Below are positions 54,823 through 64,000 of a stretch of 64,000 bases of DNA, in pieces. The position numbers and the translations under genes are program-made. The DNA lies in NCBI GenBank assembly GCA_017454015.1, contig JAFTDW010000006.1:8452-72451 (forward strand). The letters are read 5' to 3'. The number at the start of each line of letters is the position of its first letter. Position 1 is the first letter of the stretch. The notes under the pieces were generated by a model that saw only the letters and a program-made list of their open reading frames with translations, did not search any database and was not told the origin of the DNA. The DNA is from Bacteroidales bacterium. GTDB lineage: Bacteria; Bacteroidota; Bacteroidia; Bacteroidales; P3.

Positions 54823-56997
54823 ATGAAAATTCGTACAATACTGGCGGCACTGCTGTTGATGGCCGTTGCCGCAGTGCCGGCACGCGCCGACGAGGGTATG
54901 TGGCTCCTCTCCCTGCTGGGCCGCAACTACGCCGACATGCAGAAGGCAGGCCTCAAGCTCAGCCCCGAGGATATCTATTCCATCAACCAGAACTGCCTCA
55001 AGGATGCCATTGTGGGTCTCGGCAACGAGGGTTCGCCGTTCAGCCACTTCTGCACCGGCGAGATTATCAGCACACAGGGTCTCATGTCGACCAACCACCA
55101 CTGCGGCTATGGCAAGCTGCAGGAGCATTCCACGGTGGAGCACGACTACCTGCGCGACGGCTTCTGGGCTTACAGCAAAGACCAGGAATTGCCCAACCCG
55201 GGTCTCACCGCCTCCATCCTGGTGCGCATGGAGGATGTCACCGACCGTATACAGAAAGGTCTGAGCGACGACATGTCGGAGGGCGACCGTGCCAAGGCCA
55301 TTGAGCGCCTCTCCAAAGAGATAGCCTCCGAGGCTGCTGCCAAGACAGGCTACGCCGCACGCGTGAAGCCTATGTTCAACGGCAACCAGTTCTTCCTCTT
55401 CATCCATATCATCTACAAGGATGTGCGCCTGGTGGGTGCTCCTCCCTCGTCGATGGGCAAGTTTGGCGGTGACACCGACAACTGGTCGTGGCCGCGCCAC
55501 ACCTGCGACTTCTCGCTCTTCCGTATCTACACAGCCCCCGACGGCTCGCCGGCGGAGTACAGCAAGGACAACATACCCCTCAAGCCCAAGCACTCGCTGC
55601 CCGTGAGCATACGCGACCTCCATGCCGAGGATTTCGCTATGGTGATGGGCTTCCCCGGCACCACAGACCGCTTCCTCACCTCCTACGGGCTTAAGGAGAC
55701 TATGGACATCAACAACACCATAGTCTATCGCGTCCGCAGCGTCAAAATCCGCGTGCTCAAGAAACAGATGTCGGCTTCGCGCGCTGTGCGTATCAAGTAT
55801 GCCTCCAAATATGCCTCCTGCTCCAACTACTGGAAATATTCCAACGAGCAGAACAAAGCCCTCACCAACCTCGGCATCATGAAGGTGAAACAGGACATAG
55901 AGGCACAGTACCTTGAGTGGGCCAAGGACAAAGACCCCAAATACACTCGCGCCCTCGACCTGCTGCGCGAGGCCTACGAGTACCGCGCACCTCACCAGAC
56001 GGCAATGACCTACATCGCCGAGGGTCTGCTCTCGGGCACCGAGCTGCCCTTCCAGTCCTTCAAGCTCGGCTACAACCTGCTGCCATATCTTAAGAAAGGT
56101 GTCGACGAGGATGACCGCCTCAACGCCATCGAGAAAACACGCAAGCGCGGCATGACTTTCTACAAGGACTACGACATGGAGACCGAGCGTGAGATATTCT
56201 CCTCTATGTGCAGCTATGTCTACAGCCATATAGAGTCGCGCTACTGCCCCAAGTTCCTCGAGGATGCCCACACCAAGTACAAAGGCGACTTCAAGCAGTA
56301 TGCCAGCTACGTCTTCTCCCGTTCCGTCTTCGCCACGCAGGCCTCCTTCGAGGCTTTCATGCAAAAACCCGATGCCAAAAGGCTTGAGAGCGACCCGCTC
56401 TATCAGGCCGGCAAGGGTGCCTACGAGGCTTACCGCCAGATTTATGAGTCGATACCCAGCCAGCAGAACGACAACCTTGAGCGCGGCCAGCGCGACTTTG
56501 TCGACGGCATCATGCAGATCAACCAAGGCAAGAAACTGCTCTGCCCCGACGCCAACTCCACCATACGTTTCACCTACGGCAACGTGCGTCCCTACGACCC
56601 GCGCGACGCTGTGAGCTACTCATTCTACACTACCCTGCGCGGTGTCATGGAGAAGGAGAACCCGCGCGACGACGAGTTCAACGTCCCTGCGCGTCTTAAA
56701 GAGCTTTACAAAGCCCATGACTTCGGCCAGTATGCCAACCCCAAAGGCGAGCTTCCCACCTGCTTCCTCACCACCAACGACATCACCGGTGGCAACAGCG
56801 GCTCTCCGGTCATCAGCGCCGACGGATGCCTCATCGGCCTGGCTTTCGACGGCAATGGCGAAGCTATGTCGGGCGACATCAACTTCGAGACCAACCTGCA
56901 GCGCTGCATCTGTCTCGACAGCCGCTACATGCTCTTTGTCATCGACAAGTTTGCCGGTGCACAGAACCTCATCGACGAGATGAACATAGTGCGGTAG
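54823..56997 (+). CDS. S46-family dipeptidyl-peptidase (DPP7/DPP11-like)
   Basis: N-terminal ADEGMWL after the signal peptide, HHCGY (catalytic His region), and GGNSGSPV (catalytic Ser). Confidence 0.85.
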   Translation: MKIRTILAALLLMAVAAVPARADEGMWLLSLLGRNYADMQKAGLKLSPEDIYSINQNCLKDAIVGLGNEGSPFSHFCTGEIISTQGLMSTNHHCGYGKLQEHSTVEHDYLRDGFWAYSKDQELPNPGLTASILVRMEDVTDRIQKGLSDDMSEGDRAKAIERLSKEIASEAAAKTGYAARVKPMFNGNQFFLFIHIIYKDVRLVGAPPSSMGKFGGDTDNWSWPRHTCDFSLFRIYTAPDGSPAEYSKDNIPLKPKHSLPVSIRDLHAEDFAMVMGFPGTTDRFLTSYGLKETMDINNTIVYRVRSVKIRVLKKQMSASRAVRIKYASKYASCSNYWKYSNEQNKALTNLGIMKVKQDIEAQYLEWAKDKDPKYTRALDLLREAYEYRAPHQTAMTYIAEGLLSGTELPFQSFKLGYNLLPYLKKGVDEDDRLNAIEKTRKRGMTFYKDYDMETEREIFSSMCSYVYSHIESRYCPKFLEDAHTKYKGDFKQYASYVFSRSVFATQASFEAFMQKPDAKRLESDPLYQAGKGAYEAYRQIYESIPSQQNDNLERGQRDFVDGIMQINQGKKLLCPDANSTIRFTYGNVRPYDPRDAVSYSFYTTLRGVMEKENPRDDEFNVPARLKELYKAHDFGQYANPKGELPTCFLTTNDITGGNSGSPVISADGCLIGLAFDGNGEAMSGDINFETNLQRCICLDSRYMLFVIDKFAGAQNLIDEMNIVR

Positions 56998-57040
56998 CGC
57001 TGCTGCTATGCTCAATGACAGCTTAGGCTGCGAATAGCGC

Positions 57041-57071
57041 GGGGGTGTCTCAAAAGTTTTGAGACACCCCC
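57041..57071. terminator. Strong hairpin between convergent genes (likely bidirectional intrinsic terminator)
   Basis: gggggtgtctc-aaaagtttt-gagacaccccc, an 11-bp perfect stem followed by gttt. Confidence 0.55.
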
Positions 57072-57311
57072 GTTTAATAGAACAGCGTTTTATTATTGCA
57101 GCCGCTCTCTTGCTATCCGCGATAGAGTGGCTATGTTTATTGCCTCAAGCTCCACATCCTCAGTCTGGTGTCGCTTCGTGGAAACCTACGTACCTCTCGC
57201 CGAGCTGCCGCAAATAGAAAGCAACCTGCGCGGAAGCCGCAGGCTGCTCCACAGACCAATAGCGAGTTACAAAAAATGCTGGACGTGCGTGGCACAGTCC
57301 AGCAATGTGGA

Positions 57312-60300
57312 TTACATTACTACCAGCTTGCCCACTGCCGTCTTGTTTTCGGTGTTTACTTTTATGAAGTATGTACCTCTCGGCACGCCGTCCAGATTGA
57401 ACTGCATAGTGCAACCGTCCTGACAATGCTTGCTGAAGCGGCGCAGAGCCTGGCCCGTCACAGAAAAGAGTGATAGTTGCACGTCGCCGCACGCTCCTGT
57501 TACAACCACCGTTGCGTCAGCATTGCTGTTGGCAGGGTTTGGGTATACAAGCATCGTCAGCCTGTCGTTCTCCGTCTCAGGGGCTATCAGTCCGGAGTTG
57601 GTGTCTGGCAGCGTGCTGAAGCACACCGTGTCGCTCCACTCGCTGACACTGGAGTCGTCGCATATCAGGCGCAGGGCCACACAGTAGTTGGCATTGGCTG
57701 CGAGTCCACTCAGAGTGGCCGGTGGACGGCCTACCACGGTGTCCTTGCGAACATACCCCATCTGCAACAGCTGCCAGCGGCTCTCGCCGTCGTAGGCCTG
57801 CCAGTGTACCGTGGCGGAGTGTGTGCCGGTGTCTGTCACCGTTGGATCTCCGGGGCGGCGGCATGGTGCCTCTGGTGTGGTGAATGTGGCGGTTGCCCAA
57901 TCGCTGAGGTTGTGGCGGCACACGCGGCGCACCTGCCATTCGTAGGCTGTCACGCTGCGGAGTCCTTGCTCGTAATAGGCTGTCGCCGTGTCGCGTCTGG
58001 GCAACGGCCATGCTGTGGACCCTGCGGCCTTGAAGCGATAGTCGAACAGTCCAGTGTCGCTCCACCGCAGCGTAGCCGTGGCCCATGTGGTGTCACCCAC
58101 AGCGAGGCCTGTGGGCGCGGGGCACGCAGGCGGCATTGTGTCGAGGCACGTGGCATGAAGCTCGAACCCGTAACTGTGGTATAAACCGTCTGATACAAAA
58201 CTTATGGTCAGTGCACCGTTGGGGTTCGTAGCCGTGAATGGACCTACGTTGAAATCGCTTCTTGAGTTGGAGTGGAATATGCAGGAGTCCGCCGTGCTCA
58301 TGCCATCGTATATTGCCATCGAGTCTATGTATGCGTGAACCTTGCCCGTGCCGCTCAGCGACACGTAGGTGCCGTTGGCTAGGGGCAGCAGTGTCAGGGT
58401 GGAGTGTTGTAGAAAACTGTAGTCGAGGCTGGGCCCCCCGTCGTCGTAGAGCATGACGTCGCAGATACGCAGTGTGTCTGTCGCCGACGTGTGCATGTGC
58501 CACTCGCCAGTGATTGCGCTGACAGGGCCTGTAAGGCGCGAGGTGTCTCCCGTGCCGCATAGCCGCCTCACATAGAAGTCGTAGGTGGTGCCGGTTGTGA
58601 GACCGGCTATTGTAATGCTGTCAGCCGTGGTCTGTAGTGTGGTGCCATTACCGGGTGCGAAGCCCCCGGGACCGTACTCTACAAGTGCCGTGCCTCCGCC
58701 TTGCCCATTGAGCCACTTGAGGGTAACCGAGTTAGATGTCAGTTCGGTCACCTTTAGGCGCTTGTGGCGTGGGCATGGGTTGTAGTAGTCCAGCTCTATG
58801 TCGTCGATATAAGCTTCTATCGCGCCCTGCCGTGGGGTTGCGAGAGCCACATAATGCCCGCTGCCGATATAAGATGAGAAAGGCACGTCTATCTGCTCCC
58901 ATTCGCCTACCCTGGTTACCGACACCGTCTGCACCGGTGTGAAGGTGGCATAGTTGTCGGGGTCGCTCATCACGCCTACCATCACCTCTGCCAGCGACTT
59001 GGCACCGCCTCGCTTCGCCATGGCAAACAATGTGTCGATGCGCAGCAGGTTGAACGAAAGATGCAGCTCGCTCACGTCGGCATCCACGGCAGGCAGTACA
59101 AGGTACGACATATTCAGTCTTGGCGACGATAGGCACAGCGACTGGTTGCCAGAATAGGCATGTCCGCTAAGGGTTTGTCGTGACGACACATAGATGTAGT
59201 GGCGTCCGGGGTCGTGTACATCGTCGTATCTGTGCCAGCAGTCTTGAAACTGCGCATGGCTGTTGCCTTGTCTCCATGTCTCGAAATTCTCGTGCAGCGG
59301 CAACCCTGCGGGGTGGCAACTGGTTTTGACTGTCACGGTGTCGCTGCGCCTCCGGTGCGTCGAGTCGTCGCACAGCGCCGTAATCCGGAAACGGTACTCC
59401 ACGTCGGCGTTCAATCCTGTGTAGAGATGGCGTTGCGCCGTGGTTGCTGAATCGTCAACAATCCATACTCCCGAGGTGTCGCAGTGTTCGAGTCTCCATG
59501 CCGTTTCACCCGTCCCGTGCGACCATCTGACAAGCACGGTGGTGGCAAAGGCACTGTCTACATACAGCACCGGCTTGCCGCAGATACCGGCACTGTCGCA
59601 GTCACCATAAAACACTATGTCTGGGCGTATACTCAGGCGGCTGCGGCGTCCGCGGCAGGTGTCGGGATTTATGTTCTCGCCGTAGCGTAGCGAGTCGCGG
59701 AAGACAACCAGCGACACCGTGTCGCGCATCGGCACGTAGGGCGAGTAGAACCGGGTAATGGTGCCTGCCGCCATCGTCGGCTCGGCCATCATTACCGACA
59801 TCACTATATTCGACTGTCCGTCCCAATAGAAAGGGGTGCTGAAATCAAAGCGTTCCTCACCCATCGCATCCCATCTATGCGTCTTCTTGCAATAGCGTTT
59901 TGTTGTGTCTATAGGAATCCATCTCCTGTTGTCAGCGCTGCCTTGGTAGGCCATGCGCGATGTGGTGTCGAGATATATTGATATGATCTTGCCTCGGGGG
60001 TATGGCATAACGGCAAATATATAAGGATACCACCTGAAAGCGCAGGCATACAAGTTGCCCGGTGCAACGCCCATGTGGTAAAGCTCGTCGCGAGTGTATA
60101 TGGTTTGTGTAATCGAGTTGTCCCATCCGGGGTGAATAGGCACAGAGGGTACGTTGCTCACCCATGCAACTATCGCTCCGTCGTCCCATTCTGTTTTGCC
60201 TCCACGCAGGCACAGAGGCTTGAGCATCACCGTGTCGACAGGACCATACAGCCCGTTGCAGTCGGGAGTAATCTGCACAAGATAGTCCTCGCCAGGTTGC

Positions 60301-61862
60301 AGCGAGTCGAGCAACAGGTGCATGTCGGTCGTCGTAACGGTGTTGCTTTGGTGGCTGTCCTCACAGGTTATGTGGTAATAATCTGCGGCTATGCCGGCAC
60401 CTGGCATCATGTCCCATGTGAGCAGTGCCGAGGTCGTGCCAAGCTTTGCCGCTCTCAGCTGCGTAACGGGGGGGCATTCGGGCACAACCTCCAGAACCAC
60501 ATCGTCAATATAGTTGGTGTTGCCCGACTTGATAACAACATATCCGCTGCCATGGTATCCGCTGAAACCTACTCTGAATGTGTGCCACTCCCTGTCGTTG
60601 GCATCGATGGAGAGGGTGGCAATATGTCTGAACGAGTTTAGGTTGTGATAATTGTCAATCACGCCCACAGCTATAATACCTTCTTCCAAAAAATTGTCAT
60701 TCAAGGCTTTGAATGTAAGCATGAGTTGCGACAAGTCACCATTGTACCGTGGCAGCCTCAGGCTTTGGCTGCTTTCCATTTTTATGAATCCGTGCCTGAA
60801 TGTTGCGCTGTCGGTGTTTGGGCGCAGTCGGCGGTTCAAGGTACAACACGACACTAGCGAGCCTCCGGGTATGCCTGTGACACCGTCGCCGAAACTGGCA
60901 ATGAATGGCAGGTCGCTGCTGGTCAAGGGGGAGCATATAGTGTGAAACGTGTCGCACACGCTCATAGAAGTGACACTGCTACATTCCGACCTTACACACA
61001 CCGTGTAGCGCGTGTCGCCGCCCAGTCCGGCAATAGTAATGTGTGGCGTTGATGTGCGTACCACGGTGCCTGTATCTGTCTCAAGACTCCCCTCGCCATA
61101 TTCCACTATCCAATGCCTCGCTGTGCCTTGCCGCGCCCAAGAAACCCTGCAGCTCGTGTCCGTTATCGAATCAAACGTTATAGTGCCAGGCCGTTGGCAG
61201 TTGTGTACCTCTATCGACACATTGTCCACGCAGGCCGCCCATCGAGCAGCAGTGTCGGCATTGTTGAGCCATATAAAAATAAGGCGGTACGAGCCACCTG
61301 CAATATTGCACTCCTTGTCCGCGTGTCGCCAGTCAATGGCACCGGTGTCTTGCCTCGTTTCGGCAAAATTTATCTCCCCCCTCCACAGGTCGATCCATTC
61401 GTTTGGTGGAGTTGGCAACGGACCACTGTCCAGTGACCAGTCGTTGGGAAAACGTCCTGCAACAAGAGGTGTCTGGGGGACCGGTGCCAGATAGGCAAGC
61501 ATACAGTCCGAGAATTGGTATCCGCACAAGCCGTAGTCGAACGATACGTTGCAGATGCCGCCCTGCGTCGTGAAATCGTAGTAGGCATACACAATGCTCG
61601 AGTCCGAAACGTAGGAGTTGTCCCTTCCTGACGTTCCCGACACATAAAGTCCGTATGAACCGTTTCGGGATGCTCCTGTGCCTATGCACCATCTGTTGGG
61701 TTCACTGCCGTTCTCCATCATCCACCCGAATGCCTCTCCCAGTGTCTCAAAGCCGCAGCGGTAGCTCACCTGTTGAGCCATAAGCCCGCCGCACTGGCTT
61801 AGTGCAATGAGCATGGCCGCTGCATACAGAACATTTTTATTTGCTGTCCGAGTCTTCCACAT
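57312..61862 (-). CDS. 1516-aa secreted protein with about six Cys-bracketed FN3-like modules and a T9SS C-terminal sorting domain
   Basis: Repeated pattern C.(R/P)P..L.V...T..SA.L.W......(Y/W).VEYG.....Y.F.VR..C. C-terminus VYPNPANSNADATV...GTYFIKVNTENKTAVGKLVVM. Confidence 0.75.
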   Translation of the reverse strand: MWKTRTANKNVLYAAAMLIALSQCGGLMAQQVSYRCGFETLGEAFGWMMENGSEPNRWCIGTGASRNGSYGLYVSGTSGRDNSYVSDSSIVYAYYDFTTQGGICNVSFDYGLCGYQFSDCMLAYLAPVPQTPLVAGRFPNDWSLDSGPLPTPPNEWIDLWRGEINFAETRQDTGAIDWRHADKECNIAGGSYRLIFIWLNNADTAARWAACVDNVSIEVHNCQRPGTITFDSITDTSCRVSWARQGTARHWIVEYGEGSLETDTGTVVRTSTPHITIAGLGGDTRYTVCVRSECSSVTSMSVCDTFHTICSPLTSSDLPFIASFGDGVTGIPGGSLVSCCTLNRRLRPNTDSATFRHGFIKMESSQSLRLPRYNGDLSQLMLTFKALNDNFLEEGIIAVGVIDNYHNLNSFRHIATLSIDANDREWHTFRVGFSGYHGSGYVVIKSGNTNYIDDVVLEVVPECPPVTQLRAAKLGTTSALLTWDMMPGAGIAADYYHITCEDSHQSNTVTTTDMHLLLDSLQPGEDYLVQITPDCNGLYGPVDTVMLKPLCLRGGKTEWDDGAIVAWVSNVPSVPIHPGWDNSITQTIYTRDELYHMGVAPGNLYACAFRWYPYIFAVMPYPRGKIISIYLDTTSRMAYQGSADNRRWIPIDTTKRYCKKTHRWDAMGEERFDFSTPFYWDGQSNIVMSVMMAEPTMAAGTITRFYSPYVPMRDTVSLVVFRDSLRYGENINPDTCRGRRSRLSIRPDIVFYGDCDSAGICGKPVLYVDSAFATTVLVRWSHGTGETAWRLEHCDTSGVWIVDDSATTAQRHLYTGLNADVEYRFRITALCDDSTHRRRSDTVTVKTSCHPAGLPLHENFETWRQGNSHAQFQDCWHRYDDVHDPGRHYIYVSSRQTLSGHAYSGNQSLCLSSPRLNMSYLVLPAVDADVSELHLSFNLLRIDTLFAMAKRGGAKSLAEVMVGVMSDPDNYATFTPVQTVSVTRVGEWEQIDVPFSSYIGSGHYVALATPRQGAIEAYIDDIELDYYNPCPRHKRLKVTELTSNSVTLKWLNGQGGGTALVEYGPGGFAPGNGTTLQTTADSITIAGLTTGTTYDFYVRRLCGTGDTSRLTGPVSAITGEWHMHTSATDTLRICDVMLYDDGGPSLDYSFLQHSTLTLLPLANGTYVSLSGTGKVHAYIDSMAIYDGMSTADSCIFHSNSRSDFNVGPFTATNPNGALTISFVSDGLYHSYGFELHATCLDTMPPACPAPTGLAVGDTTWATATLRWSDTGLFDYRFKAAGSTAWPLPRRDTATAYYEQGLRSVTAYEWQVRRVCRHNLSDWATATFTTPEAPCRRPGDPTVTDTGTHSATVHWQAYDGESRWQLLQMGYVRKDTVVGRPPATLSGLAANANYCVALRLICDDSSVSEWSDTVCFSTLPDTNSGLIAPETENDRLTMLVYPNPANSNADATVVVTGACGDVQLSLFSVTGQALRRFSKHCQDGCTMQFNLDGVPRGTYFIKVNTENKTAVGKLVVM

Positions 61863-61968
61863 CTCTTGTTATTCGTTTACAGGTTTTAGGTCTACAGGTC
61901 ATAAGGTTGGAAGGTAATAGGGTATATTGTATCTCTCCCATCTATACTGGTACGCGTGAGTCGTCCTG

Positions 61969-63234
61969 TCACTCCACGACGACCTTGCGCAGTAGGGTCT
62001 CTTTGTGTGTACGCACCGAGAGTAGGTACACGCCTGCGGGCAGGTGCGACACGCTGAATGTCGCCGTCTTGGCGTTGGGCGACAGCTGTAGCACTGTGCG
62101 GCCCGAGGCGTCGCTAAGCGTTATCGAGGTCATAGCCTTTTCACACCCCACGTTAAGTTCTGTGCGCGTGGGGTTGGGCGACACCGTCAGCAGAGGTTCC
62201 TGCGCATCAGCGGGTTGTGCAATTGCATTGGGCGTGTCCAGAGAATCGAAATAGGCCACGAAAGTGGTGTCTTGCATTAGCAGCACTTGGCGTGGGTTGT
62301 TGGTGTCACCATCGCTCCAGTGGCTGAAGGCAAAACCCTCGTTGGGCACTGCGCTGAACTCTATGGTGTGCCCGTGTGGATGGTACCCCGCCCCGAGGGT
62401 ATGGCCTTGCATACCGTTAGCCGCAACCACCGAGAGAGAGTCGTTGTCGACTATAGGCAGATAAAAGCCATAGACATTGGGATAATGGTAATTGCCCCAA
62501 ACAACTCTATTGCCAACAGTGATTTTTTCCAGTGCCCAATCTGTAGGTTGGCAACAGCCACCAGCGCTTTCTCTTGAGGCGTAGTGGGTGGGTCTATAAA
62601 GATAAGCATTTTGTCGCTCAGGGTCTATAACATTGCTGTTAGCCGTTCCACCTATGTAGAATACAGAGTCGACGGTTACCGGTTTGTCAAAATACACATC
62701 ATACGCTTCTATCGACAAATACTGGTTGCTGTTTGGATGCATGCTGAAGCGCATTACATGTGGGTTATGCACAGTGTCCCATCGTATCGAATCAAGCAAA
62801 ATCATAGCGCCAGAAACTGTATCGGACCACCCTATAAGACTGGGGAAAATACCTTTTTGATATAGATATAGATATTCAGGCAAACGGATTGTGTCGTTAG
62901 AAACAGGTCTATCGGAATAATTAAAGACAAGAGCAGTGAGACCTTTTATCTTCAGTGGCTCTTTGGTGTACATCCGTTTAAAAATAAGAGTGCCTTGCCC
63001 CCAACTGATGGGGTCGTGTATTTCTGACATTCCATCGCAGCAGTCAGTAAAATTCGAGTTTGTGTCAAGGTAACAGCTACATGTGTCAAACCATGATTCC
63101 CCATAATAATACCTGCGGTGCCGGTCGGTTATAGTGTCAGAATAAGTGTTATTTGGATTCACCTGCGCATTTATGTCAGCAGTTAACGCCGTCAACAAGA
63201 ATAACAATAGACAAAATTTGTGATATGATTTCAT
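61969..63234 (-). CDS. Secreted protein with a T9SS C-terminal sorting domain (421 aa)
   Basis: Signal peptide, a Listeria-Bacteroides-repeat-like segment (EFSAVPNEGFAFSHWSDGDT), and C-terminus VSPNPTRTELNV...GVYLLSVRTHKETLLRKVVVE. Confidence 0.65.
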   Translation of the reverse strand: MKSYHKFCLLLFLLTALTADINAQVNPNNTYSDTITDRHRRYYYGESWFDTCSCYLDTNSNFTDCCDGMSEIHDPISWGQGTLIFKRMYTKEPLKIKGLTALVFNYSDRPVSNDTIRLPEYLYLYQKGIFPSLIGWSDTVSGAMILLDSIRWDTVHNPHVMRFSMHPNSNQYLSIEAYDVYFDKPVTVDSVFYIGGTANSNVIDPERQNAYLYRPTHYASRESAGGCCQPTDWALEKITVGNRVVWGNYHYPNVYGFYLPIVDNDSLSVVAANGMQGHTLGAGYHPHGHTIEFSAVPNEGFAFSHWSDGDTNNPRQVLLMQDTTFVAYFDSLDTPNAIAQPADAQEPLLTVSPNPTRTELNVGCEKAMTSITLSDASGRTVLQLSPNAKTATFSVSHLPAGVYLLSVRTHKETLLRKVVVE

Positions 63235-63284
63235 GGCTATTTTGTATTATTGGTTTTTAATTGTTATAATATCACTATCCGTAA

Positions 63285-63995
63285 TCATTCGGAACATATG
63301 GTTATATTGGTAACAGGAACTTGATTAATTAATATTGAAGTAACTGGATACGCAATAGGGTTATGTGGATACCTATTCCAAATGCCATAATTATAACCAT
63401 ATATAGCTGTGCATTCAATGCTGGCGTTTGGTATATTGACAACGTTTGTATAAAAACAATCAGGATATTGCAGTGCATTAAAATATTTGTGACGTAACAG
63501 ACTTAGTTCATCGTTGCTATTAACTTCCGAACTCCCGATGTGAAGGAACTGGTTTACACCATATGCACCGATATATGTATCTATTGATTTAAGGGAACCT
63601 ACGGTATATGTTAAGGCAAATAATGGGAAGTTATTCGATAATGGATTGGTTCCCCATTCTATAGTCGGAATATAGTATTGAGAACTTGCATTCAAGGTCA
63701 ATGATACAGATGCCCAAGGGGATGTATACCTACTAACATCAATCAGCATAGTTGCTGCGGTATTCTGCGCCCCCATTATTGCATTAGGCGTATTGCCTAA
63801 TCTCAACACATAAGAGAATAACCCTAGATTCTGCGATGTTGTTCCGTTTTTTGCTATAAAAGACAATATACCACTTTCCATACTGAATGCGCATATTCTT
63901 AATGGCTTTTGGAAATATGTTGTTTGGGGATTTGGTAATGTGGTCCCATTGACAGATATCGTGTTTAAATAGAATGGGTATATTTTATTAGACAA
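63285..63995 (-). CDS. Hypothetical protein (AT-rich ORF; the N-terminus may extend beyond the window)
   Basis: ORF of 236 aa with composition unlike the neighbouring GC-rich genes. No motif recognised. Confidence 0.35.
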   Translation of the reverse strand: MSNKIYPFYLNTISVNGTTLPNPQTTYFQKPLRICAFSMESGILSFIAKNGTTSQNLGLFSYVLRLGNTPNAIMGAQNTAATMLIDVSRYTSPWASVSLTLNASSQYYIPTIEWGTNPLSNNFPLFALTYTVGSLKSIDTYIGAYGVNQFLHIGSSEVNSNDELSLLRHKYFNALQYPDCFYTNVVNIPNASIECTAIYGYNYGIWNRYPHNPIAYPVTSILINQVPVTNITICSE

Positions 63996-64000
63996 TTGCA

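Noticed and set aside
49218-56526. Other long antisense ORFs (49218..50138 +, 50139..50750 +, 52091..53299 -, 53638..54477 -, 54793..56526 -)
   Set aside because: The reasoning is the same: each lies fully inside a motif-supported gene on the other strand and has antisense-type composition.
1-64000. tRNA, rRNA, tmRNA or other housekeeping RNA genes
   Set aside because: By-eye scanning of the intergenic regions found no cloverleaf-like or rRNA-like sequence. tRNAscan-SE and Infernal would be needed to exclude them formally.

Overview
This window looks like a chromosomal segment of a Bacteroidota (Bacteroidales-type) bacterium. It carries five proteins with T9SS C-terminal sorting domains, CarboxypepD_reg-type TonB-dependent receptors, Omp28-like proteins and an S46 dipeptidyl-peptidase. 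The backbone is GC-rich (a spot count of one 60-nt line gave about 57% GC; no full computation was done). Backbone content, in order: a metabolite/lipid-tailoring cluster at 0.3-9 kb (fused double CrtI-like oxidoreductase, B12-type radical SAM, hydrolase, PaaK-like ligase, acyltransferase); an AraC regulator; a beta-helix/VTC/DUF4956-like cluster at 10-14.9 kb; a GH20 hexosaminidase with two tandem Omp28-like genes; an AAA ATPase; a TonB receptor; holA; comEC; a cobalamin riboswitch in front of a T9SS cargo gene; ubiE and menA coupled to a His-rich COG0523 GTPase; M16 and S46 peptidases; a voltage-gated-type K+ channel; and FN3-rich T9SS cargo proteins. The standout is an AT-rich, co-directional island at about 14.9-28.8 kb (spot counts about 40%, 48% in the PP2C gene) with no mobility genes. 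It encodes a PP2C phosphatase, a Cys-rich lipoprotein, a vWA-like lipoprotein, a 4-TM protein, a tubulin/FtsZ-like GTPase, a 1167-aa protein whose C-terminal half has Hsp70/actin (ASKHA) ATPase motifs, and a cell-envelope module (coiled-coil membrane protein, Zn-ribbon-TM-SH3b protein, L,D-transpeptidase, putative His/Cys hydrolase, lipoprotein). I consider this the best candidate for an undescribed system. Intergenic DNA also holds a MITE/REP-like hairpin repeat family, G-depleted leader tracts and several tandem repeats. All domain calls come from motif recognition by eye on the supplied translations. No database search, fold prediction or statistics were run.
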